From the NCBI GenBank assembly GCA_039090665.1, contig JAWCSL010000008.1, forward strand, positions 1 through 38,004: a stretch of 38,004 bases of DNA, in the 5' to 3' direction. The position numbers and the translations under genes were made by a program. Positions within the stretch are counted from its first letter, which is position 1, and the number at the start of each line of letters is the position of its first letter. Under the pieces are notes generated by a model. It was given only the letters and a program-made list of their open reading frames with translations. It did no database searches and was not told the origin of the DNA. Source of the DNA: Candidatus Aenigmatarchaeota archaeon. GTDB lineage: Archaea > Aenigmatarchaeota > Aenigmatarchaeia > CG10238-14 > SCSR01. This document shows, one piece after another, positions 1 to 7,725 of this stretch.

Positions 1-1437
1 AACAAATTCATGTGGTAACATTATTTCTGGTATTTCTATACCAAACTTCCATCCAACTTCCTTAAGCTTAGCGTATTTGTTCCTCAAATGTTTTTTGTTG
101 AATGTAACGAAGTATTCAGCACCCAACAAGGAATAAACTATTATGGCAAGCGCATCCTCAGTTTTAATTTTAGCTTCTTTTGCAAAGTTCTCAGAAAATT
201 CCTTAATTTTAATACCCCTCTCTTTTTCAAAATTTCTTATTATTTTATCAGGATCAACAGTTTTGCAAAAATCTTTAAATAAGGAAATTAGTTTACTTAC
301 TATAGTTTTATTTTTCCAAGTTGCTATTTGATCTAAGGTATGTTTGCTTGCGATTAATTCGAATTCTTTTTCTTTAAGCCTTAAGAAATCGAAGAAGTCT
401 TTCGCCTCCTTTTTTCTAGCATCTTTTTCCATCCAGACATGAACAGAAGCAACGTCTATGTCAAAGGTTAATTTCCTTTTCCTTCTGAAGGCCGTTATCA
501 ATGGGAGAGCTAAAACTCCAGCATAGCTTACATTAGTAATTTCACTCAAAGAAGATTGAGTCTGAGCTAAAGCTGCTGGAAAAATCAAAATTGAAAAAAC
601 TATCGCTGATGAAAAAACTATAACTTTAAATGTGTTAATATTAATTCTTAATTTAGGTGGAGGCGTTGAAAAAAGACTTGTTAAGGAAATTAGAGGCTTT
701 ACCTTTAATACCGAGTGAAGTGAAGTTGAGATGTTTAGTTGAGGTGCTAAAGCAAAAATCCAGATCAAAAAGTTATAGAAAGAGTGTGCAAAGATAGAGG
801 TAAACAAATTAAAATCAGTAATGATGTAAATTATGGCAAACAAACTTCCAGAAAAAAATGTATGAGAAATACCATAAATGCTTCTATGGTATTTTGTTAG
901 TTTAGTTAAATGTTCTCCAAGATAATGGGCTAATGACCATAAAACTACAGAAGTGAGTATACCAAATAATGAAGTTTTAAACAGCACTGTTATTACTCCA
1001 AACCTGAATAGCAATTCTTCAACAATCGGAGCTATAATAACTCCTTCGAGGAATAACCCCCAAACATTGATTAACTGTTTTTTAACTAGGATTATAAACT
1101 TCCCGAAAACGTATACTACAAAGCCTGTTAAAAGTCCTGTAATAAAACTCTCGAGATTTAAAACAATTTTTGGTGTGTATGTCAAAAGAAGATAAATTGA
1201 AACTCCAAAAAGAACCAAAGTTATTAATAAACTTATTCTTCTAGAAAGTTTAGGCAGTTTTGCAGCAATAATGTAAAGTAGAAATATTAAAAATAGAGAG
1301 AGAATAAAATACAAATCTAAGTTAACATCTATAGGAGTAATTTCACTCAAAGGATGAGTCTGAGCTAAAGCTATAGAGGATAACATGCTCAGTGCAATCA
1401 AAACCATTGAAAATGTTTTAAATTTGGGACTCATCAT
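1..1437 (-). CDS. Partial (runs off window) multi-module membrane protein or polyprotein: signal peptide + CPBP (Abi/CAAX-type) intramembrane protease + second signal-peptide-like cassette + PIN-like domain
   Basis: Hand translation from ATG at 1437 (ATGA overlap with the upstream stop) shows no stop to position 1. It begins MMSPKFKTFSMVLIALSMLSSIALA/QTHPLSEITPIDVNLD. CPBP motifs: APIVEELLFR, WSLAH, AHSFYN. Second cassette: FSILIFPAALA/QTQSSLSEITNVSY. PIN-like motifs: LTFDIDV...TEDALAI...YFVTFNKKHL. Absent from the ORF track because the stop lies outside the window. Confidence 0.85.
   Translation of the reverse strand, partial: MMSPKFKTFSMVLIALSMLSSIALAQTHPLSEITPIDVNLDLYFILSLFLIFLLYIIAAKLPKLSRRISLLITLVLFGVSIYLLLTYTPKIVLNLESFITGLLTGFVVYVFGKFIILVKKQLINVWGLFLEGVIIAPIVEELLFRFGVITVLFKTSLFGILTSVVLWSLAHYLGEHLTKLTKYHRSIYGISHTFFSGSLFAIIYIITDFNLFTSIFAHSFYNFLIWIFALAPQLNISTSLHSVLKVKPLISLTSLFSTPPPKLRININTFKVIVFSSAIVFSILIFPAALAQTQSSLSEITNVSYAGVLALPLITAFRRKRKLTFDIDVASVHVWMEKDARKKEAKDFFDFLRLKEKEFELIASKHTLDQIATWKNKTIVSKLISLFKDFCKTVDPDKIIRNFEKERGIKIKEFSENFAKEAKIKTEDALAIIVYSLLGAEYFVTFNKKHLRNKYAKLKEVGWKFGIEIPEIMLPHEFV
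535..574. repeat. Copy 2 of an in-gene direct repeat encoding ALAQT(QSS/HP)LSEIT
   Basis: agtaatttcactcaaag-aagat-tgagtctgagctaaagct; shares identical 17-bp and 18-bp blocks with 1336-1372. Confidence 0.9.
1336..1372. repeat. Copy 1 of an in-gene direct repeat encoding ALAQTHPLSEIT
   Basis: agtaatttcactcaaag-ga-tgagtctgagctaaagct; differs from 535-574 only in the short central spacer (3 nt shorter, frame preserved). Confidence 0.9.
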
Positions 1438-2006
1438 TTTTTCCTCCTTTTCAAGAAACAAAGTTTAGCCCTGCCAACTTCTCTTTGTTCTACCAAACCT
1501 CTTACAACCAAAGCATAAACATACTTTGATATAGTTTGGCGAGGAATATTGAGAACTTTAGCTATCTCTAATATTTTCATACCTTCTGAATGCTTCTCCA
1601 ATAGCTTGAGTATATCTTTTTCACTAATTCCACTAAATCTTACAGATCTTTTGGGTTTTTCTTTAAGATGTTCTTCCTTATTTTTAATTTTTTCAAGAAT
1701 TTCATCCTTAGAGTTATCAAAATATTTTGCATCTATCACTTTTAATATGTCTTTACCTTTAAAGAGAAGACCAATTCCATGCTTTTTGAGAACTTCAAAA
1801 GGCAATACAATAAAAACTTTGTTGGCTTCTTCCAGATAGTGAAGGCATTGTCCTATTGCAGTTTGTATCTCATCTGCAGATTTCTTCTCCTCAAATGCAA
1901 CAACTTCTTTATCATTGTAGGCAATTAAGTCTGCTATTTTTCCTCCTATTCCTACATGTTTTACAGTTTTATAACCTTCTTTATACAACCATTCTGTTAA
2001 GTTCAT
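1434..2006 (-). CDS. PD-(D/E)XK restriction-endonuclease-like domain fused to C-terminal winged HTH
   Basis: GGKIADLIAY...VAFEEKK...AIGQCLHY (D...ExK and QxxxY pattern); C-terminal GMKILEIAKVLNIPRQTISKYVYAL..RGLVEQREVG wHTH. Confidence 0.75.
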   Translation of the reverse strand: MNLTEWLYKEGYKTVKHVGIGGKIADLIAYNDKEVVAFEEKKSADEIQTAIGQCLHYLEEANKVFIVLPFEVLKKHGIGLLFKGKDILKVIDAKYFDNSKDEILEKIKNKEEHLKEKPKRSVRFSGISEKDILKLLEKHSEGMKILEIAKVLNIPRQTISKYVYALVVRGLVEQREVGRAKLCFLKRRKK

Positions 2007-2635
2007 GCTATTCCTCCCTCCTTTTTAGCTAGAAAACAAAGCTTAGCAGTACCAACTTTCCTTTGAGTGATCATCCCTGCTCCAGAAAGTTCATAGATAT
2101 ACTTAGTGACAGTATTCCTGTTTACTCCCAGAATTTTAGAGATATCAAGGATTGTTATTCCTTCTTGATGTCTTTCCAAAATTTTCATTATCCTTGCTTT
2201 TAAATCTTCTTTAATCATTCTACTGGTAAACTCTTTCTTTCTTAAGCCCATGAGAAGATTGAATATGGAAGATTTATTTGTACCTGCTTCAATAACAACT
2301 TGAACTTTTTTCCTACTCAAACTTATAAGACCAATTCCATATGATTTAAGAGTAGATTTTGTATCATCGTTCAGTTTTTCGAGTTCTTTGGAGGGTAATG
2401 CTATGTACACTTTATTACATTCGTTCAAATAGTGTAGACACTGGTCTATCGCTTCTCGTACCTCTTCAGCTCTTTTTTTCACTTCAACTATGGCGATTTC
2501 TGCTTTTAGAGCTAAAACATCTGGAATTTTTCCCCCCAGAGGTACTTCTTTTACTATCTCGTATCCTCGTTTTTCAAACCATGTAGAAATGAGTGAGCTA
2601 TCGAAAGGATCTGAGTGATTTTCAGTCAAATGCAC
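2003..2635 (-). CDS. PD-(D/E)XK restriction-endonuclease-like domain fused to C-terminal winged HTH (paralog of 1434..2006)
   Basis: GGKIPDVLAL..IAIVEVKK...AIDQCLHY; wHTH GITILDISKILGVNRNTVTKYIYEL..AGMITQRKVG; GTG start; stop overlaps next gene (ATGA). Confidence 0.75.
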   Translation of the reverse strand: MHLTENHSDPFDSSLISTWFEKRGYEIVKEVPLGGKIPDVLALKAEIAIVEVKKRAEEVREAIDQCLHYLNECNKVYIALPSKELEKLNDDTKSTLKSYGIGLISLSRKKVQVVIEAGTNKSSIFNLLMGLRKKEFTSRMIKEDLKARIMKILERHQEGITILDISKILGVNRNTVTKYIYELSGAGMITQRKVGTAKLCFLAKKEGGIA

Positions 2636-2661
2636 ACCTTTTTTGCTTTTCTCGTCATTTT

Positions 2662-2693
2662 TGCTTAGCTATGCATATATGCATAGCTAAGCA
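2662..2693. repeat. Perfect 32-bp palindrome
   Basis: tgcttagctatgcata|tatgcatagctaagca, 26 bp upstream of the 2635 start. Confidence 0.95.
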
Positions 2694-2860
2694 CATACTC
2701 TATGTTTATCATATATGTCGAACTTTATATGATTTTCTATTTTATAGAAAATCCAAAATCGAATAAGCTGTGATTAAAAGTTTCCAAAACAATTTGGAGT
2801 TTTTTCGACAAGAAAAAAAGTTTATTTTTTGTTTTTTACTCGAAAACTGAATTGATTTAA

Positions 2861-2921
2861 ATTTCAATTCAAAAAATTTTCTATAAAAATCCGACTTGAA
2901 ATATATTTCAATTCAAAAAAT
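2861..2921. repeat. Two identical 17-bp direct repeats in an AT-rich divergent intergenic region
   Basis: atttcaattcaaaaaat at 2861-2877 and 2905-2921. Confidence 0.8.
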
Positions 2922-3023
2922 AACATTTAGAAATTGAATTTTCTCAAGATTTTCCCGAGTCGATTTTTTCGACTTGATTTCGACTTAAAAAATCAATTTT
3001 AAGCCAAAAAACAAATAATAATT

Positions 3024-3515
3024 ATGCCTCTTTTCCAAAAAATGAAGGAAAACAAAGATTTGAATACAGAAATTCCAAAAGAAGCTGTTCTGATTGGTGC
3101 TACCTTGGAAGTTTTAAGGGAGTTGAGGGAAAAGCTAGATGAACTTTACCTTAAGGTTGATAGGCTTGAAAAAACCATAAATGATAAAATTCCAGAAAAA
3201 GTTTTAAGCGAATCAACTTTTAAGCAAGAAATAATTGACAGCAATGAAGTCATAAACAAAATAATTTCCGAAATTAAAGCTGTCACAAGACCAATAATTG
3301 CTTCAAAAGAAAAACTCACAATAGTTGAACAAAAAAGGATAGAAAAGATAATCGATTTGTTACAACAGCACGGAAAGCTTTCATCTTCCCAGCTTGCCCA
3401 AATATTAGGTCTGTCAAGAACAAGATGTAACGAATACTTCAAACAAATGGAAGATTTGGGCTTGGTGGAAGGAATAGAAATAGGGAAAGAAAAGTTTTAC
3501 AAGCTCAAAAACTAA
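3024..3515 (+). CDS. Coiled-coil + winged-HTH DNA-binding protein
   Basis: Heptad-like LEVLRELREKLDELYLKVDRLEK; C-terminal KLSSSQLAQILGLSRTRCNEYFKQMEDLGLVE...GKEKFYKL. Confidence 0.75.
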   Translation: MPLFQKMKENKDLNTEIPKEAVLIGATLEVLRELREKLDELYLKVDRLEKTINDKIPEKVLSESTFKQEIIDSNEVINKIISEIKAVTRPIIASKEKLTIVEQKRIEKIIDLLQQHGKLSSSQLAQILGLSRTRCNEYFKQMEDLGLVEGIEIGKEKFYKLKN

Positions 3516-4099
3516 TATTTGCATCCTGTAGCTGATTCAAACCACTCTATTGTTTTAACTCCCGGTTCAATTCTTCCTGCAAAGACTACTGAAGGCACTT
3601 GAGTCACATTGGCTTGTACACAATTAACCACAAGATCCCCATCACAAGGCACGTAAAGCTTTGTTGAATATACACCAAGAACATTCAACTGGAGCAAAGT
3701 TGCTGTTTGATTGCTCAAGCCAAAAATTCTTACACCTTTGCTATCTAAACAATCCACAAAATCTTTTAACCTTTTCATTTGCTGTATCGACTGCTCAACA
3801 AAAATGACATTTTGTGTCAAAAGCTTTCCATCCTTGCTAATGTAGATTTCAGCATAGTTTGTTCCCGCTGGCCCAACAGCTTTTATCAAAGCTTTATACA
3901 AACCACTTTCTTCATTTAAAGTTAAAACTTCTACACTAGTTCCAGGATTTGCGAGCTCATACAAAGTTTTTATCCTTTCACTGACTTTACTTTTCGGTAT
4001 GCCAAAACACAAAGTAATAAAGCCTGTAGTGCTAATCGCTAAAAGTAAGCCAAGTAAAACCAAACAAACAGCTATCACTAATATTCTCGATTTTTGCAT
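3512..4099 (-). CDS. Membrane-anchored thioredoxin-fold protein lacking CxxC
   Basis: N-terminal TM; DsbC-N-like YISKDGK; FVDCLDSKG....G...Q....G....YVPC...C......VPS...G......ESATGC pattern of VKOR-associated Trx-like proteins. Confidence 0.5.
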   Translation of the reverse strand: MQKSRILVIAVCLVLLGLLLAISTTGFITLCFGIPKSKVSERIKTLYELANPGTSVEVLTLNEESGLYKALIKAVGPAGTNYAEIYISKDGKLLTQNVIFVEQSIQQMKRLKDFVDCLDSKGVRIFGLSNQTATLLQLNVLGVYSTKLYVPCDGDLVVNCVQANVTQVPSVVFAGRIEPGVKTIEWFESATGCKY

Positions 4100-4159
4100 G
4101 TAAATAAATTATAACTTAAGTTTAAAAAACTTTAATTCTAGGAGAACAAAATTAATTTT

Positions 4160-5152
4160 ATGAAAAGCTTTTTATCCCTAGCATTTTTTCTTCTTCTCCC
4201 TACTTTAGTTTTAGCCTATTCTTGTAATTTAAGACAAGGTTGCTTGGAAAATGAAGTCGCGATTTTATCTTTAGCAAAAAATGGTAATGCTCATGCAGCA
4301 GACTACAACTTTGACTATCAATACAAGCTATGTTGTTCGAATGCTGTTTATTCTTCAATTAAAACAAAATGTGAAGGAGAAGAAACAGAAGTTATCAGCC
4401 TTTACAAACTTAACAACTCCCATGTAGCAAAGAAAGATCATGCTCAGTATAAGCTTTGTGTGAAATTCACTTCTTATATGAATTGTATTCTCAACTCAAC
4501 TTGTAATGTTGGTGAGTGTCTTGGTTCTTTAGCTAAAGAAACAAATTCACATATTGGTCCTTGCAATTATTATCCATACCAAATTTGTTGTGGCAATCTT
4601 ACGGTAACAGTTGAAGCGGGTGGCCCTTATGTAAAATACACAACAGCACCGACTGTACTTATTGCAGGTGAAGTTAAGTTTGCAGGTGAACCAGCAAGTT
4701 TTGCAAATGTTACGATAAGAATTTACGAAGGATCTGTGCTTAAACTCATAAGAGAGCTAATAGCATCTTCAGATGGAAAATATTTCGTCGCAATCCCTAA
4801 TTTTGATTATGGTGGTTATTTAGTCAACGTGAGTGCTAACTATTCTTTTGCTTCTGCTTATAACATAGATACATTCAAAGTCATAGGTAAACTTTCAGGC
4901 TGTGTTCCAAAAATGGTAAGCTTGAGCGGAAAAGCTCAAGACTTTTTAACAGGAGAAATAATTCCTTCAGGTACAGTTAAAATTTACATCAAAGAAAATG
5001 GGGACGAATTCACCACAAACTTTTCAGAAGGAAGATGGTCTGTTGCTTTCACAACTTGCTTGATTCCTGATGAAAGACATGTTGCAATAGTTCAAATAAA
5101 AGATTTAGCTACTGGAAGAATTTCTTGGAGTGAAATTCAATTCAAGGTGTAA
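4160..5152 (+). CDS. Secreted Cys-rich surface protein with C-terminal beta-sandwich domains
   Basis: Signal peptide; three Cys-rich repeats (SL...N.H...Y..C); beta-rich C-terminal half with NxS/T sequons. Confidence 0.65.
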   Translation: MKSFLSLAFFLLLPTLVLAYSCNLRQGCLENEVAILSLAKNGNAHAADYNFDYQYKLCCSNAVYSSIKTKCEGEETEVISLYKLNNSHVAKKDHAQYKLCVKFTSYMNCILNSTCNVGECLGSLAKETNSHIGPCNYYPYQICCGNLTVTVEAGGPYVKYTTAPTVLIAGEVKFAGEPASFANVTIRIYEGSVLKLIRELIASSDGKYFVAIPNFDYGGYLVNVSANYSFASAYNIDTFKVIGKLSGCVPKMVSLSGKAQDFLTGEIIPSGTVKIYIKENGDEFTTNFSEGRWSVAFTTCLIPDERHVAIVQIKDLATGRISWSEIQFKV

Positions 5153-5156
5153 AAAC

Positions 5157-5759
5157 ATGAAATATTTACTTTTGATCCTAATTTTATTTCTTTTTTCATT
5201 CAAGCTTGTCAGCTCTTTAAATCTCACATGTGAAGTAGGTGGTCCTTACGGTACAGGTTCAACAATAATAGTTGTTGGCAATGTTACAGGCTATGTGAGC
5301 AACATAACTTCTATAACAATAGAGATAATTAAGGAAGGGACATTGAAAGTTTCAAGAACAACATCTTCTGACACAACCGGCACTTACTTTTCAATTTTCA
5401 CTCAATCTTTTGATATTGGAAGCTATATTGTTAATGTTACAGCAACCAATTCAACCCATACAGCAACATGTATCGATACTTTTGATGTAATACCACAAGA
5501 AGTCAGCAAAGAATGCCAAGATGCAAAGATTTCTGTAAGTGGAATAGCTTATGCTGAAGGAAAAATTTTAGGTTCTGGAAGGGCTTTCATCTCAATAGAA
5601 GGTTTGCGGGAAAGAAATACAACAAACTTTTCGAATAGCGAGTTTTCCCTATATTTATCAGCTTGTCTTCACAAAGGCAAAAGATACTTACTACAAATTT
5701 CCATTCTAGATGAAAAAGGTGGAAAAGGAACAATTTATATCCCATTCATACCAACATAA
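5157..5759 (+). CDS. Secreted beta-sandwich surface protein, paralog of the C-terminal half of 4160..5152
   Basis: Start moved to ATG 5157 (MKYLLLILILFLFSFKLVSS signal peptide); shares GGPY, G.YF, FD.G.Y.VNV.A, IDTF.V and TTNFS blocks. Confidence 0.65.
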   Translation: MKYLLLILILFLFSFKLVSSLNLTCEVGGPYGTGSTIIVVGNVTGYVSNITSITIEIIKEGTLKVSRTTSSDTTGTYFSIFTQSFDIGSYIVNVTATNSTHTATCIDTFDVIPQEVSKECQDAKISVSGIAYAEGKILGSGRAFISIEGLRERNTTNFSNSEFSLYLSACLHKGKRYLLQISILDEKGGKGTIYIPFIPT

Positions 5760-5763
5760 TTTT

Positions 5764-7698
5764 ATGATGAAGTGGTTTTTTTCACTCTTAATTCTTTTCT
5801 TGTTTTTTTCTGAGGTTTGTAAAGCAGTACCAACAATAATTGAATCAACACCAATAAACGGAAGCTACATCTATGGTAAAGATTATGAGATTTTTTCAGT
5901 CAAGATTGTTGGTACTTTGGATGAATCAACAGTAAAATTGCATTCTAGAGTAGAAGATCCAACTTCAACTTGGAAAAGTATAAGTATGGTATGTGGTTTA
6001 ATTTCACAATCAACTTGGTATTGTAATGCAACAATCCCTGGCTTAGAAGCTCTCATTTCTGATGGAAATTGGCTTCTCTATTATTTTGATGCTTATGATT
6101 CGGAAGGCAACTACGGAAATTTGGGAAATTCTTCTCACCCTTTAAGAGTTAGGATAGATAGAAGTGTACCAACAATAAGTTTTATTATACCACAAAATCA
6201 ATCTTACTCTTCTGGTGAAGTTGAAATTAAAATAGAAGTTTCGGATAGCTACTCTGGAATAAATCCTTCCACAGTTCAATACTCTTTTGATAATTCAACT
6301 TGGCAAGAGATGCAAGCTCTAGATGAAAAAATTTTTGTCAGCATCCAAAAGTGGGACACAAAAATTTACCAAAACAACCAAACTGTTTTCATCTTTGGTA
6401 GAGCAAGCGATAAAGTTGGAAATTTGGTTTACACAAAAATTCAAGTTTATGTAGATAATGAATTGCCAAACTTTTCAATTTTAAACTTAGAGCCAAACCA
6501 AACAATTTTTGATGTATATCCATTCAAAATTCAATTTTCAGATAAATATTCCGGTATAAATTCTGGCAGAGTTAGGATAAGCAATCATTTGGAAGAATTT
6601 CTTTGTTCAGGTACAGCTAACGAAGCCAATTGTACTTCAGAGTTTGATTCTAGATGGGTTGTTGATGGAAAACATCAAGCTATATTTGAATTTTTTGATA
6701 AAGCAGGAAATAGAGCTGAATTATCTTTACCTATTCTCATAGACAATTTACCTCCCAGTATAGTTATTTTGTCTCCTAAACAAGGAAGTACCTTGAGTGG
6801 TGAAATTAACATTTCAGCGCAAATTAAGGATGAAGGTACAGGATTAAAGATCTCTCAGTTTAGAATTGAATCTGACGGTGCTGTTGTTCGAGAATGGAAA
6901 AATATGAGCTGCATATCAGAAATATGTTCAGCAATTTGGAACAGTAGTGAAGTTGTAGATGGCAATTATTTGGTTAGAATTTATGCTGAAGATATGCTTG
7001 GAAGAAATTCTTCTTTAACTTCTTATATTAGTGTGGTTAACTCAAGACCGATACAAACAACTTCAACAACAATAATTTCAAATGAAAGAAAAACTGAAGA
7101 AGGAGAACAAAAATCCTCAAGATTCACAATTTCAAATCTTCTTGAAAGAATGAGAAAAACTCCCGTTATCACCACAATATTTTTCTTACCGATTTTTGTT
7201 TTGCCATTTTTGTTTTTATTTTCCAGAATTAAGCTGAGAAAAAAAGAAAAAGTAAACATAGGAGAAAATTTCGAAAAACTTTTTGGTGAGTTGGAAGAAA
7301 TAAGAAATTTCATGCAAGAAGCCCTCAAGATTTCAGATTCGAATCAACTTAAAGACAGGATAAGACTGATAATGATAAGAATAGGAAAAATAGAAAGAGA
7401 TCCGCTTAAGAAAACAATAAATTTGATTTCTGCTGCTAGTGAAGAGAAAATAGGTATAGCATTGGAATCTTTTTTGAAAGAAAAGAAAGAAGAATTAGAA
7501 AATTTGAGCATACAAAAAGAAGAATATTTGCAGGAAATTTCAAAATTGTTGAGCGATTCTTTGGGTGAAGAGAATGTTGATGAGATAAGAAAAAACCTTG
7601 GTGCTGCGTATATGCTAATGAGAAAACTTAAAAGTTTGGTTGAAAGAGAAATAAATATATTAAACGAAGGATTAACAAAAATAGGATATTTAAAGTAA
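5764..7698 (+). CDS. Type I membrane surface protein with tandem Ig-like (Big) domains and a cytoplasmic helical tail
   Basis: Start moved to ATG 5764; repeated D..GN....IDN.PP.I Ig-like linkers; Thr/Ser linker; TM IFFLPIFVLPFLFLF followed by RIKLRKK; about 155-aa helical tail. Confidence 0.7.
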   Translation: MMKWFFSLLILFLFFSEVCKAVPTIIESTPINGSYIYGKDYEIFSVKIVGTLDESTVKLHSRVEDPTSTWKSISMVCGLISQSTWYCNATIPGLEALISDGNWLLYYFDAYDSEGNYGNLGNSSHPLRVRIDRSVPTISFIIPQNQSYSSGEVEIKIEVSDSYSGINPSTVQYSFDNSTWQEMQALDEKIFVSIQKWDTKIYQNNQTVFIFGRASDKVGNLVYTKIQVYVDNELPNFSILNLEPNQTIFDVYPFKIQFSDKYSGINSGRVRISNHLEEFLCSGTANEANCTSEFDSRWVVDGKHQAIFEFFDKAGNRAELSLPILIDNLPPSIVILSPKQGSTLSGEINISAQIKDEGTGLKISQFRIESDGAVVREWKNMSCISEICSAIWNSSEVVDGNYLVRIYAEDMLGRNSSLTSYISVVNSRPIQTTSTTIISNERKTEEGEQKSSRFTISNLLERMRKTPVITTIFFLPIFVLPFLFLFSRIKLRKKEKVNIGENFEKLFGELEEIRNFMQEALKISDSNQLKDRIRLIMIRIGKIERDPLKKTINLISAASEEKIGIALESFLKEKKEELENLSIQKEEYLQEISKLLSDSLGEENVDEIRKNLGAAYMLMRKLKSLVEREINILNEGLTKIGYLK

Positions 7699-7725
7699 AA
7701 CTCAATTTATATTAAAGGTGAAAAT

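Noticed and set aside
88..1195. Plus-strand ORFs 88..282, 143..331 and 953..1195
   Set aside because: Antisense shadows of the long minus-strand ORF, which carries real motifs.
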